From the NCBI RefSeq assembly GCF_009914755.1, contig NC_060930.1: a stretch of 64,000 nucleotides of DNA; one strand, 5' to 3'. Shown here one piece after another: positions 26,746 to 44,400 of the stretch. Both the position numbers and the translations under genes were made by a program. This DNA comes from the human T2T-CHM13v2.0 reference genome, Homo sapiens. A model generated the notes under the pieces. The model saw only the letters and a program-made list of their open reading frames with translations, did not search any database and was not told where the DNA came from. The first letter of the stretch is position 1. Every line of letters starts with the position of its first letter.

Positions 26746-26760
26746 AAAATTCTAGAAATG

Positions 26761-27060
26761 GGCCGGGCACGGTGGCTCATGCCTGTAATCCCAGCACTTT
26801 GGGAGGCCGAGGCAGGCAGATCACGAGGTCAGGAGATCGAGATCATCCTGGCTAAGATGGTGAAACCCCGTCTCTACTAAAAACACACACACAAAAAAAT
26901 AGCCTGGCATGGTGGCGGGCACCTGTAGTCCCAGCTACTCAGGAGGCTGAGGCAGGAGAATGGCGTGAACCCAGGAAGCAGAGCTTGCAGTGAGTGGAGA
27001 TCGCGCCACTGCACCCCAGCCTGGGCGACAGAGCGAGACTCCGACTCAAAAAAAAAAAAA
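26761..27060 (+). mobile_element. AluY
   Basis: GGCCGGGCACGG...GATCACGAGGTCAGGAGATCGAG...GAATGGCGTGAACC; TSD AAAATTCTAGAAATG. Confidence 0.96.
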
Positions 27061-27227
27061 TTCTAGAAATGGACCTTTGCCACCTGGGATCAGAAGCCCA
27101 CCCCTCAGTTAATCACTAAACCATGGAGGCGATGTGAGAAGATGGTGTCTGCTACCCCTATCATAACACAGAGGAGAGGAAAGCCTAAGAGGAGAAAAGT
27201 GCAGGGCAGACAGAGGAATAATTGTCT

Positions 27228-27768
27228 TGTAGTACCCACATCTCTCCATTCTGCATTTTTGATGTTTTGACATGTTGGGGCTTTGCTGACCCTAGAGGGA
27301 CTGTTCCCCACTCCACCCCAGGACTAGCTAATCTGTGGAGATGGCAAACAATTACACTACTAACACACCTTTCACATACAAACCAGCTAATCCCAAATCC
27401 ACGCCTCCAACCAACTCCCTTATCAGGACCTCACACTCAGGGCCAGTATTTGCCTGCCCTGAGCCCCCAGGGCCATTAACCAGGGACAGCCCCTATGGCC
27501 CAGAGCTCTGAAATTATTCAGCCTGGCCCCATTCCTAAGCCCATGCACCCTGCCTCCCTGTTCCTCCCTGCAGAAACCACAATAAAAGCTTTTGCCCAGG
27601 ATTTCCTCTGCTCTGTCTGCCCCCTGACCAGCCTTGGTGCTTCCTCATGTGGCCCTGCATGGCAGGCTGTGTTTCCTGTTTCTAGGGATCTGTGAGCAGA
27701 ACAAACTTATTCATGGGAATCATCTCTATGTCTGTGTGTGTTACAAATGCCACGCACCCTTAAAACAC
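27228..27768 (+). mobile_element. MER74A-like ERVL solo LTR
   Basis: TTTGATGTTTTGACATGTTGGGGCTTTGCTGACCCTAGAGGGACTG...AGGGACAGCCCCTATG...GAAACCACAATAAAAGC, including the polyA signal. Confidence 0.78.
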
Positions 27769-27902
27769 GTCCGCTACAGCAAATAGCCCAAACCTGAGGC
27801 AGCTGGAGGAACCAGCATTAACTTAACCATTCCAGGTCCCAAGTCCTAAAGTAAGTTTTCGGATACAGCAAAGAGTAAGTAGGAAGTGCATGCAGAGATT
27901 GA

Positions 27903-28570
<668 letters not shown>

Positions 28571-28678
28571 TAATTCTGTTCTTATGCCAAAATGAGTCTT
28601 AATACAACGAAATATAATACAGTTTAAATATAACAAATAACATATGACAAGTTTAAATTTTTTAAATGTTTAAGTATA

Positions 28679-29370
28679 CAGTAGTCCCCCCACCACCTTA
28701 CATGTTCCAAGACCCCCAGTGGATTCTTGAAACCAAGGATAGTATTGAACCTTATATACACTATGTTTTTTCCTGTATATATGATAAGGTTTAATTTATG
28801 AATTAGGCACAGTATAGATTAACAACAATAACCAATAATAAAATAGAACAATTATCACAATATACTGCAATAAAAATTAGGTGAATGCGGTCTCTTTTTC
28901 TCTCTCAAAATATCTTATTGTGTATTCACCTTTCTTCTTGTGATGATATAAGATGATTCAAATGGCCATGTGATGAGGTGAGGTGAGGTGAATAACTCAG
29001 GCGTTGTGACGGAGAAGTAAGCTACTATTGACCTTCTGACCATGCATCAGGAGGCTCATCTGCTCTCGGTGATCCTGGATCATTGAGCAATGACAATATT
29101 GATGGGTGGATGTCAGGAGCAGACAGTGTCAATGACTAACAGGCGGGTAGCGTACACAGCATGGAGATGCTGGACAAACGAATGATTCAAGTCCTGGGTG
29201 GGATGGAGCAGGATGGCATGAGATTTCATCACACTACCCAGAATGGCATGCCATTTCAAACTTATGTATTGTTTGTTTCTGTAACTTTCCATATAATATT
29301 TTTGGACCTCAGTTGATTACAGCTAACAGAAACCATGGAAGGTGAAACATGAAATAAGGGGGAACTCCTA
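28679..29370 (+). mobile_element. MER44 (TcMar-Tigger) non-autonomous DNA transposon, near full length
   Basis: TA|CAGTAGTCCCCCC...TTCCAAGACCCCCAGTGG ... AATAAGGGGGAACTCC termini with a TA target. Confidence 0.88.
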
Positions 29371-30136
29371 TAACAAAAATAATGTTTAAAGCCCCACAGA
29401 GTATTTTTATACCTCTGAAAGAAATAAGGCATTTCTAAGAATGACACACAACTCAGAAGCCAAAAAGGAAGACTTGAACAAACATGACTATATTAAAATG
29501 GCAAAAAATTGTAGAGAAAAACCACCCTAAGAAAGTTGAAAGACAAATGATGTACTATAGAAAAAATAATTGTGCAACACATATTTTAGACAAAGGGATA
29601 ATTCCTCTAATATGCAAACCTCTCTAGCAAGCCAGTAAGAAAAGATAAAATAATCCCATAGAAAAAAGTAGGCTAAAGATATGAGCAGATGTTTCTCAGA
29701 AAAAAAAGAACCAAGTGGCCCATAACCATATGACAAGATGCTGTGTCAGGAGAGCTCTTGGCTGTAAGTAAAGAGCACCTAACTAACAATAGCTCAAACT
29801 AATTTGGGTTTACATTCTCACATACCAAAAAATCCAAACCAGGAAGGCAGGAGCACTTACTGGCATCGGTTCAGCATGAAAAAACACCATGGGGGAACAA
29901 AGCTCTTTCTATGTATTTGTTCCTTCACTTTACTCAACACAAGTTGTAACACAGCTTCATATATTACACCCAAGTTCAAGACAAAGAAGAGGGATTGGTT
30001 TGGGGCTGAGAGGTGGGAACAAAAAACAGCAAGAGCTTTCCTATCAACCCCAGCAAACTTCCATTTAGGTTTCACCAGCTAGAACTGTGTTCTAAGACCA
30101 CCTCTAGCCGCAAGAGAGGCTGAGCAACAGAAGATT

Positions 30137-30785
30137 GATGTGCAATGAATAATTAGGTTGGTTTTGTTCCCAGGTCCTGGGAGGTAACTTCTAAACCCTC
30201 GCAAGTTCCCAGGTGATGGGAGTGCCTTTGTTCTTCATGGTGGGCTCCTAGGACCACACCTGATAGTTTATGCTAACAAAGTGACTCAGGATGGGGGCTG
30301 GACATGCTAGAAAGACCCACCATATGATAGAGGGTTGGGGTTTTAAGTTATGTGATACCAGATTAACCTCTGGGCAGGGGAGGAGCCTGGAGACTGAGTT
30401 AAGCCTCATGGCCAATGATTCAATTAATCGTGACTATATAATGAAGCCCCAAGAAAAACTCTGTGCTCCCGAGCACTGATGTGCCAGGACGGTAATGTGT
30501 TCCCGAGGACGATGGAAGCTCTGTGTTTGGAGCCCTCCCAGACTCGGCCCCAAGTGTCTCTTCTTTTGGCTGGCTCTGGTTTGTATCCTTTGCAATAATA
30601 AAATTGTAAGTCCAGTGCTGTCAGGGAGTTCTGGACCTGAGGGTGGACATGGGGGGCCCTGAATTTGTAGCCAGCTGGGCAGAAGTGAGGGTGCCCCTGG
30701 GACCTCTAAACCTCTGAAGTGAAGGCAGTCTTATGGAGGACTGCGCCCTTAACCCTGAGTTTGGCTAAATCCTGGTAGATTGGCT
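30137..30785 (+). mobile_element. MER21-family ERVL LTR
   Basis: GGTCCTGGGAGGTAACTTCTAAACCC...GGACCACACCTGATAGTTTATGCTAA...GAATTTGTAGCCAGCTGGGCAGAAGTGAGGGT. Confidence 0.8.
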
Positions 30786-30789
30786 GCCC

Positions 30790-30997
30790 GTGTTTCTCAA
30801 CAGAGCACTTTCTGCCTTTGAGGATGGAAAATTCTTTGTGGAGAGGATTGTTTCACCAGTCATGGGGCAGTTATTAGTCTTGACCCATGGACATGAAATG
30901 CCAGCACCCACTCCCCAACACTGTGGCTGCTGCAAACCTTCCCACGTTTCCCAAGGCCTCCTGAGGGGCAGCACCACCCTCCAATAGAGAACCTCCA
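30790..30997. mobile_element. hAT-Charlie MITE (Charlie15a/MER20-related)
   Basis: Termini GTGTTTCTCAACAG ... GGGGCAGCACCACCCTCCAATAGAGAACC. Confidence 0.6.
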
Positions 30998-31334
30998 GCT
31001 TCGACTCATCATGATCAATTACCTGGAACCAGGCACGCTGTCCTTCCAAACAAAATCAGGATTCTGTTAACAAAATAGAAAGAGAAACAAATACAAAGTG
31101 GGCAACTAGCAATGCTGCCTGGGTGCCCAACTGCCCTCTAACTAAAAATTAAAAGTTGGCAAAATAATGTATCTTTTATTCCCGCAATCGGACTGGCAAA
31201 TATGAAACGTTTTGAGAATAGCCAGTATCGGCAGCACTGTGAGAAGACCTATATTCTACCTCACTTTTAGCAGAAGTGCACAATGACACAATTTTTCAAG
31301 AGCATTTTGCCAATGCCCGTCACAATTTTAACCA

Positions 31335-31878
31335 CAACGATCTAGGAATTTAACTCCTAAGTATGTACCCACAAATTTGAAAACAGGCATTCAAACAAAT
31401 GCTTTTGTACACAAATGTTCATAGCAGCACTATGCATAGTAGCCCAAAGAGGGCAACAACCCAAATGTTCAATAGATGAATATTTGTGGTGTATGCAGAT
31501 GAGGAAATATTATGCAGCCACAAAAGTGAATGAAGTACTGATACATGCTCCAATACGGAGGAGTCTCAGAAACATTATTCTAAGTGGAAAAAGCCAGGCA
31601 CAAAGGTCACATATTGCATAATTGCATTTATTTGAAATATCCAGAATGGGCAAATTTGCAGAGACAGAAAATAGATTGGTCGTTGCCAGGGGCTGGGATG
31701 AGGAGGGAAAGGAGAGTAATTGCTTAATGGTTATGAAGTTTTATTTTGGGATGATGAAAATGTTTTAAAGCTGGATAGAGGTGATGGTTGCACGTTATTG
31801 TAAATGTACTAAATCCCATTGAGTTGTACTCTTTAAAATGTTGAATTTTACGTTATGTGACTCTCATTTCAGTTAAAG
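31335..31878 (+). mobile_element. L1MB (L1MB7-like) 3' end
   Basis: AATGTTCATAGCAGCAC...GAAGTACTGATACATGCT...GGGATGATGAAAATGTTTTAAAGCTGGATAGAGGTGATGGTTGCAC. Confidence 0.85.
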
Positions 31879-31953
31879 GAATAATAACTTTTGACCTAGC
31901 ATTTCAGTTTGAGGAATATAAACTCTACATACCTTGCACACATGTGCAAAGAG

Positions 31954-32152
31954 ATATATATATATATATGTACGTGTATATATATACACGTATATATACA
32001 CGTATATATACGTGTATATATATACGTATATATACGTGTATATATATACGTGTATATATACACGTATATATATACGTATATATACATATATATACGTATA
32101 TATATACACACATATATATACGTATATATATATACACACATATATATATGCA
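31954..32152. repeat. ~200-bp alternating purine-pyrimidine microsatellite (TA)n with CG/CA/TG interruptions
   Basis: Uninterrupted RY alternation of TATATACGTG/TATACACG units. Confidence 0.97.
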
Positions 32153-32379
32153 AGAATGTCCATTATCATAGTGTGTAACGTTGAGAAACTGAAATAACCA
32201 AAATTCATTTTATCAGGGTTTTCCTTAAATAATTATGGTATATTTACAAAACAGAACACACACAACGACTGAAAAGCATGGAGTGGATCTGTACACACTG
32301 ATATGGGAAAAAAGTGTATATTAACTTAAAAAAGAAAGTGACAGATGAGACAGATCAGAATGTGGCTTTCATTTTACGA

Positions 32380-32560
32380 CTGTTGAGTAACATGGGCAAG
32401 TCACCTCACCTCTGTGGCCTTGTTCCTCTTGTCCTTAAAGTGAAGATCATAATAGCCCCACTTATATGCTTGCTGCCAATGGAGTAATGCCTGGAAAGGG
32501 TGTACCCCGGAGCCTGCCACGTGGCAGGGGCATGATGGTGGCAGTTATTGTTGCTATTTC
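32380..32560 (+). mobile_element. MIR
   Basis: ATGGGCAAGTCACCTCACCTCTGTGGCCTTGTTCCTC..TAAAGTGAAGATCATAATAG. Confidence 0.7.
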
Positions 32561-33551
32561 TCACTAAGATCTGTGTGAGCTGTGCTTTCTTTGGAGGAGA
32601 CTCCAATTCCAAGCAACATTGCTCCTACAGTCCTGAGCAGCAGCTGCCCTGGCAGAGCCCCTGCACCACGTGCAGACCATCTTGGCTGCAATCTGTGTTG
32701 CCTCTAGTGCCCCACTGGAGAGCAACTAGGGAGAATCCACCGACAGGAGGAGTGGGCTCTGCTGCCAATTAGTTGCTTGCTGTCCTCTCTCTCCCATCCC
32801 TCATGACACCCAGGTGCTCTTGGTGTCTAGTGCCAGCTCCAGTTTGGCAATTAGAGGCTGGTTTGGTTATTCTCTACTGGGGTCTCCCACCAGCTGCTGC
32901 CTCAGTGGCCGCCCTGGGTGAAGAATCCTCCCAGCTCCAGTCAGGGCAGAGGGCAGGGTCAGGGGCACGCTGGTTCCACAGAGGGTCTCCCTACAGCATG
33001 GCCAGGTGGCACACTAGGTGCTGGAGACAGTCCCAGAATAAAGAATATCCTTTTCCGTTGCATTAGAACTTTCGATATGTGAGAAGTATCCTTGGCAGCC
33101 ACACGTTCCATGACACGGAGCAGGGGTTTCAAAAAGGTGGCCAGGTACTCCATTATTCACCTTCCCTGTGGGAAACCAGATACGGAGGCTCTTTTTCAAC
33201 TGCATGGAATTTTCCAGCTTCCAGTGTGGCTTTGTGTCACATGTTAATTATTGGTTAGTATCTTAGCAGAGATCAGCAGACCTGAGGATGGAAGAAAGGC
33301 AGGAAAGAAGGCACTCGCCCGAGGAGAGGGGGGATGGAGACAAGAACACCCATCAGCACGGCTCCAGGAAATCCTGGGCTCACCCTGCGTCTCAGCTGAG
33401 CCCCATTGCATCCTTCATCTTCATATCAGTAAGATCTGGTGATACCTACCCACCCCACAGGACAAGATGGGGGATAAAGTGAGACATCGGTTGTGGATAT
33501 TTTTTGGCACATGTAAAGTGACTAATGTTATTGTTCATTATTTATCATTAC

Positions 33552-33848
<297 letters not shown>

Positions 33849-35227
33849 TTTGTCATCATTGATACTAAGTTATCATTCTGCCTAAGACTAGCCCCAAGCA
33901 GGCCGCTCAAAATGATTTCCCATGTGTCTCAGGATTCAGTTTTGTCAACTCTTTTTTGGGGGGTTGGGGAGCACTGTAAGCATGAGGCTAAGGGCCAGGA
34001 CCAAACTTGTCTCCTGTCACCCAGGAGCCATTGTAACATGTGGAGTGAGGACACCGCCCCAACTTAACTCCTGCAGGCTTCACTCCAGTGCATCCCCAGG
34101 CCTGTTCTGAGTCTCCGTGCATTCATTTCACGATGCATTTGTTCCAGCAGAGCCAGCGAGCCTCAATCCTTCTTAGGAAAAGATGTGCTAGCTTCTTGTA
34201 ATTCAGGACCACACAGAAACAGCCCTGAGCCAGTGATAGGAAACTCACATGAGTCCCATGCATTGTGGTCTTGGCACGACCTGACCTGCAGCCCTAGCCT
34301 TTTCCTTAGTCAGCTCTGCTCCTAGATTATTCTGGAACCATGAGGCTAACAAAGTGGAGGTTCACTCCCCTCTCCTACCTGACCACTGGTTCATTCAGGG
34401 AGCAAGGCCAACAGCGTTCATGGTTCCATGTGAAAAACAGGGTCTTTGAACTTCTCCACTCCTCAGATGAGTCACTGGGATCCTGCAGCCTCCACAGAGC
34501 TTGGGAGTCTGCAGCTCCATGGTGGAGAGGACTCCACGGTTTCCAAGGTCATCCTTCTCACTAAGTAGTGAATTAAATGGGTTGGCAAAGCAAGAAGTTT
34601 TACATTCCAAAAGTCCATTGCCTGCTGCATCTCTCTTAGGTAGTCCTAGATTTTGCATTATTAACACATGTGCTCTTGAGAGTATGAACCTAGGGGAAGA
34701 TGGGAATTTAAAACCATGTGTAAAGGTCATGTCATGACTTCTGGATGTTGTTCTTAAAAATGGAACTGGATGCTTTCAAATCAGGCAATAATTTGAATAC
34801 AAGAATCCTTAATACAAACGAAGATTATAGATCCAGAGAAGTAAATGTGTTTAGTTATATTTAATATATTTAGCAGCTTCTTAAAGGCAGTCATATATGA
34901 ACTCCAACTTTTCATTATTGTTGTTTGTAAATTTGCCTGTACTTCCGGAGCCTTCCTCTTTAAATATTACACATTACTCGCTCTGCCAAGAAAATATTGA
35001 GGCGTCAAGGCTTCTGTTTGGGAAGCAAGTTCAGACCCCCCAGATAAACAGCTCTTAGCTGTGAAACCAGTGAGATTTCTCTGGGTCCCATTTTCCTTCT
35101 CTGGCTTGTGGGGATAACCATAACCAGCCAACCAAACCATTGTGATAATTAAGGGATATGCCTCTAAAGCACCTTGGGAATTTAAGACCGTTTACTAATG
35201 TTGCTGGTTAGGAGTAAAAATAAATGG

Positions 35228-35430
35228 CTGGGCTGGGAGCAGGGCAGGGGGAATGGCTGCTTAATGGGTATGGCTGTTTCCATTTGGGGTGATGAAAACG
35301 TTCTGAAGCTAGATAGCAAATGGTGCACATCACTGTGAATGTACTTATTGCTACTGCAATGTACCCTTCAAAATGGCTAAAAAGGTCAATGTTATGTGTG
35401 TTTTATCACAATAAAACCATTTTTTTAAAA
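35228..35430 (+). mobile_element. L1MB 3' terminal fragment
   Basis: GCTTAATGGGTATGG..TTGGGGTGATGAAAACGTTCTG...TGTGAATGTACTTATTG...TTTTATCACAATAAAA. Confidence 0.8.
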
Positions 35431-35442
35431 GAATTAAAGGTC

Positions 35443-37400
<1,958 letters not shown>

Positions 37401-37639
37401 CACATAAGAACAAATGGTTTTCAGAATACACACAGGGGCCTCCACAGAAAGAAGCATGAGTGATTTTTGAAAATCTTTTACATAGCAGTGTTTTCTGGGT
37501 TTTCTACAACTAGAACACTTTGTTTAATCAAAACTTATTAAATACATCCTTTAATATTATATTTTAGAGTAATAATGACATGGACACGTAGATGACACAT
37601 TAAGTTGAAAAAGAAGATTTCAAAAACAGTAGGCTCAGA

Positions 37640-38020
37640 TGCTTCAACATTATAAAAGTCATGTATGAAAAGCCCACAGCTAACATCATGCTCAGTGGTG
37701 AAAGACTGGAAGCTTTTCCTCCAAGATCAGTAACAAGACAAGGATGCCTACTTTTGTCACTTCTATTTGACATAGTACTAGGAGTCCTAGCTGGTGCAAT
37801 TATGCAAGAAAAAAAATAATAAAAAGCATCCAAATTAGAAAGGAAGAAGTAAAAGTATCTCAGTTTGCAGATGACATAATTTTATATGTGGAAAACCCTA
37901 AAGAGTTTATTTTTGAAAACCTGTTAAAACTAATAAATGAATTTACCAAAGTTGCAGAATACAAAATTAACACACAAAAATCAGGTGCACGTATATACAC
38001 TAACCACAAACACTTCGAAA
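37640..38020 (+). mobile_element. L1M ORF2 reverse-transcriptase fragment (decayed)
   Basis: AAAGCCCACAGCTAACATCAT..., ACAAGACAAGGATGCC (TRQGC) and TTTGCAGATGACATA (FADD motif); frame disrupted. Confidence 0.88.
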
Positions 38021-38029
38021 AGGAAATAG

Positions 38030-38990
38030 TTCTACTGGGGAAAAGATCTGAATAGACAATTTTCCAAAGAAGGTATTCAAATGGTCAGCAGGTATATGAA
38101 AAAAGTGCTCAACATCACTAATCATCAGGGAAACAAAAATCAAAACCACAATAAATGCCTCACACCTGTGAGGATGGCTAATATCAAAAAGATAAGAGAT
38201 AACAAGGATTGGTGAGGATGTGGAGGAAAGGGAACCCTTGTACACTGTTGGTGAGAATGTAAATTCATACATATAGTTTGGAGGAACCTCCAAAAATTAA
38301 AAATAGAATTACCGTACGACCCAGCAATCCCTCTATTGGGTATACACCCAAAACAAATACAATCAGCATCTTATGCAAACATCTGTGCTTCTATGTTCAA
38401 TGCAGCATTATATACAATAGCCAAGATATGTGTCCACTGATAGATGAATGGACACAGAAATTGTTGTATATATGCATACAATGGAATATTGTATTCAGCC
38501 TTTAAAAAAAAGAAGATACGGCCATTTGCAACAACATGGATGAACCTGGAGGACATTATGCTAAGTGAAATATGCCAGGCACAGAAAGACAAATACTGTG
38601 TGATCTCACTTATCTGTGGAATTAAAAAAGTTGAACTCATAGATGTAGAGATTAGAATAGTGTTTACCAGAGGTGGGGGTGAAGGGGATAGGGAGATATA
38701 GGTCAAAGTGTACAAAGTTTCAGTTAGGTAGAAGGAATGAGTTCTGGAGATCTATTGTACAACATGGTGACTACAGATAACAATAAGGTACCATACATTT
38801 GAAAATTGCTAAGACAGTAGGTTTTATATGTTCTCACCACAAAAAAAAAGTATTTGAAGCCATGGATATGTTAATTAGATTGATTTAGTCATTCCATAAT
38901 ATATACATATATCAAAATATGTTGTACACCATAAATGAATACAACTTTTTAAAACATTAAAGACATGTAAGAAAATAATAAATAAATATA
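38030..38990 (+). mobile_element. L1MA (MA8/9-like) 3' end with A-rich tail
   Basis: GCAACAACATGGATGAACCTGGAGGACATTATGCTAAGTGAAAT...GAGATCTATTGTACAACATGGTGACTA...TTGAAAATTGCTAAGA. Confidence 0.85.
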
Positions 38991-40115
<1,125 letters not shown>

Positions 40116-40907
40116 AACCCCAGCAGGCACTTACAAACTCAATTTGATGGGGAGGGAAGGATTTATATGCAAAGAAAAAATATAAGAGATCATAAACTAA
40201 AATGAAAATTGTCAAGCAAGATAAAGAAATAAGGCAAATTGTTAACAATCATTGAATCCATGGGGTAGAAATATCAATGTTTGTCACATTATTTTTCAAC
40301 CTTTTGGGGATGTTTAAAATTTGTATAATAAAGTCTAGGGTAAAATGATAATGGTAAGTATTTCTGAGTAGTGAGATTATGGGTATTTTAGAATTTTGTT
40401 TGCAGCAGCATTCTTTTCTGTGAACTTCAAACCTTTTTCTTGGATGTTTATTACTAGTATTTATTAATTGAAAGAAAGATTTTCAGAAAAATTGGTTTAT
40501 GTCCTGACCCTATTTCCTTTTTGCTGCAGGTGAAAAATCTCATTTCTCTGGTTCCACTGGAGAATGAGGGCCCCTAAGCATGAACTGCACTCACCATCCT
40601 CTGCCTGGAGTGTGACCCCAGGGTGTTCCATGGGGTTGGACAGTTAGAATAACAGTAACTAATAATATTAACAACTATTATCAAAATGTTACTTAAAAGA
40701 ATAATACATTAGAGCAGTTTCCAGGGCAATTCCTACAATAACACTGCTTCCACTCACACGTATGTGAATATGTTTTTTTAGACAGAAAGGGATGGCGTTA
40801 CAGGGATGGTAAGGAGATATGCATCCAACATTGGGTGCCACTCCCTCCCTGGTGGTAGGTAATACACCAGTCACATCTCTGCAGTGAATGGTTTGATACT
40901 CCCCCAC

Positions 40908-41467
40908 GGTAGCAGAATTTAAACGGTGGAAGCAGCCAGGGTCACTTCACAAAATGGCACCCATGGATTTTTCTTGCTTTTTTTGCAGATTCCTTTGGCC
41001 ATGCTCCTGAAATCCACTGCCTTCAAAAGCCCACAAAACTGCCCTTACGAAGCAGTCGCAGCAGTTCAGAGACCATGCCCACCCCACACCTCCCTGCAAG
41101 CCTGGCCTCTTCACGGACCTAGGCCATCCCGACCTTCAGGGAATGTGGTAATAGAGTCTATGGCCCGCCTGTGGGGACTGGTGACCTCCAGATGTGCATG
41201 CTTCAAAAGAATTACTAGAAGACAAAAGTGAAAAAGAGAAACTCAGGCATCTTGCATGTTTGCTAAATAAATCAATAAGCAAATAAATGATTGAGTGAAA
41301 GAGTGGGCTCTGCAATGTGATGGTGGAGCAGGATTTAAACGGTGGAAACAGAGAGGGTCACTTCTCCACAAAATAGCACCATGGAGTTTTTCTTGTTTTT
41401 TTGCTTTTTTTTTTTTTTTTTGCAAAATCCCTTGGCTATGCCCCTGAAATCCGCTGCCTTTGAGAGC
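40908..41467 (+). repeat. Duplicated blocks A (40908-41030), B (41031-41320), A' (41322-41467)
   Basis: A and A' share AGCAG.ATTTAAACGGTGGA...CCTGAAATCC.CTGCCTT; B matches 44111-44400. Confidence 0.93.
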
Positions 41468-42696
41468 AGAAATCTGGCTGTTGTGTGTGTGCATGTGTGC
41501 CCTGGGCTCTGCCTCCTCGTACAGGCACCTATTGATTGAGGGAGGGAATTACCGTTTTTTTCTGCACTATCCTTCCTCCCCCAACCCGGGGGCTGTGATC
41601 TCAGCATATTAATGGCTAAGAAGACAAAACAGTGGTTTAATTAGTGCTGTAAGAAGCCCAGGGCTAATAGGAACCAGAGAATATTTAGTTCTGGGTGTTC
41701 TGGGTGATCTTTTCTTGCCAAAAAGCTGTCCCTTTCCCAACCAGGCAAAGGGACCGGCTGGTGTGTGTGTCGCTAATTACAGCAGTGACTCAGGCGCTAG
41801 ACAGCCCTGTGACTTCTGAAGAAGGAAGGCACAGCCCTGTGGGCGTCGGGGAACACAAGCAGGTGTTGTAAGTAAGAAGTACCAGGTCCAAATCTGAAAT
41901 GGGCAGTGGAGAAAGGAAGGAGCTCTAGAAAACAAAGAATCATTACTCAGAAAATGGCCAAACGCTTCAACATTCTGTTCCTTTGCTGAGTGATGGGTCA
42001 CCCTCAGTATCCCCATTTGGGGTTCAGAAAATACCAACATAGTAGAGTTAGGGGATACTCCTGCCTCCTCTCTCATAAGGCCTATCTCAGAATAGTTTTT
42101 CATTCATGGTGGCTGTTTTTAAGCAAGCAATACTTCTCTCTCTTCTCTATTCTGTTACTTATGGGCATCCTCAGCTTACTTTAGATTTTATGCAGTCTTG
42201 GATTTGTCTAGTCTGTGTATAAATCCAGCGTCTCCAGTCATATTATTAATTCCTCAGAGACAACGATTCTGATCAAAACTTTCCTTAAAACCTTATTGCC
42301 TCAGCACCTGGATAGACACATGTAACCTAAACAATTCCTCCCAGTTGAATCAAAAGAAAGATTTGGGAAAGCTACATCATTTCTGGAGCCTGGTACAAAT
42401 TAAAAATGTGGGGCCCCTTATCAAAAGAGCAGAGAAAAAAAAAGAGTGACATTAAAAGCACTAAAATATAAAATTTATTCCTCTTTCCTGTGGTCTTTCT
42501 GCTGACCTGACTCGGTGCTTTTTGTTTGTTCTTTAAACTTCTTCTAGGTAAATAAAAGTTAAAAATTTAAATCATTAGCATGATTTTTTTTCTGTCCATC
42601 TTTACAATGTGCCTTGGCAGTTTTAAATGCATATATGAAAGCATTTAACTTGTCTGAGGAATCATTGAAAGGACATACTCCCTATTTTGTAGCTAA

Positions 42697-43068
<372 letters not shown>

Positions 43069-43238
43069 CTGTTTTTATTTCGCTTCTTGACACGTGCACA
43101 TTCTGCCAACACCCTGTGCCTTGGGCTTACTCGTGGGGAAAGGAAACACCGAAAGGAGAAGGAACCACAGTTGTCTTGTTTTTCCCCTTTCCTTCTATGA
43201 CATTTTTCAGCATAAGTGATTGGTTAATACAAGAAGGT

Positions 43239-43589
<351 letters not shown>

Positions 43590-44104
43590 TTAGAACAGCT
43601 CTACCTTCTTTCTGCAAGCAAGTCCTGCTTCAAGGGGGAGAGTCTAGAATTTGGGGGCTGTCAGTGCCCGACGTACTGAGTCTCGGATGGGATGTGTTTT
43701 TACCTTGCACCTGCTCAGGCTTCCTGGAGTCCTGTGCTTCCCGGGTCCACCAGAATTCTGTGCTCATAAGGGCATCCCGAGCGCCATGTGCGAAGTGGGT
43801 GGCCGGGGCCGGGGACGTGCGTATCGCTCAGGTGCTGCTGTACTGTCCCACCAGGCTTACAAAAATCTCAGAGACGCGGTTAGGAAGATTTCAAGACAGC
43901 AACGACAGAGCCTTAAACCGAGCACAGGGCTCTTCCGGGTGTGGGGTCTCTTGTGACTGCGCAGGTCATCCATCCAAGAAGCCGGCCTTGAATTACAGAG
44001 AACAACTGAAAGACCGAAGAGAAGCCAGTTCCGCTCTCAACAGCCACAGGGCGGATGATGCCTTCCCCCAGAAATTCACCAACAGTGCACGAGGTGCCCA
44101 TGAA

Positions 44105-44400
44105 GAGAGCCCACAAAACTGTCCTTACAGAGGAGTCCAGGCAGTTCAGAGACCATGCCCAACCCACACCTCCCCTCAAGCCTGGCCTCTCCACTGACCC
44201 CGGCCACTCCCGCCTTCAGGGAATGTGGCAAATAGAGTCTGTGGCCAGTCTGTGGGGCTGGTGGCCCCCAGATGTGCACGCTTCAAAAGAATTACTAGAA
44301 GACAAAAGTGAAAAAGAGGGAGAAACTCAGGCATCTTGAACGTTTGCTAAATAAATCAGCAAACAAATGACTGAGTAAAAGAGTGGACTATGTGATGTAA
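44105..44400 (+). repeat. Block B' (paralogue of 41031-41320)
   Basis: CCACAAAACTG...GCAGTTCAGAGACCATGCCC...CTTCAAAAGAATTACTAGAAGACAAAAGTGAAAAAGAG is shared. Confidence 0.95.

Larger units (their letters stand above)
29743..31115 (-). mobile_element. MLT1J-like LTR split by MER21 and a hAT MITE
   Basis: GTCAGGAGAGCTCTTGGCTGTAAGTAAAGAG... at one end and ACAAAATCAGGATTCTGTTAACAAA...GGGCAACTAGCAATG at the other. Confidence 0.55.
29430..32340 (+). mobile_element. Old L1M(E) ORF2/3' remnant fragmented by nested insertions
   Basis: L1 ORF2-like blocks at 29430-29742, 31120-31330 and 31880-32340 are collinear around the inserts. Confidence 0.6.

Noticed and set aside
31857-32208. Multiple overlapping Tyr/Ile-rich ORFs
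   Set aside because: Translations of the TA/CG microsatellite.
40510-40660. Splice-acceptor-like TTTCCTTTTTGCTGCAG|G
   Set aside because: No convincing downstream donor or ORF; a lncRNA exon cannot be supported without RNA data.
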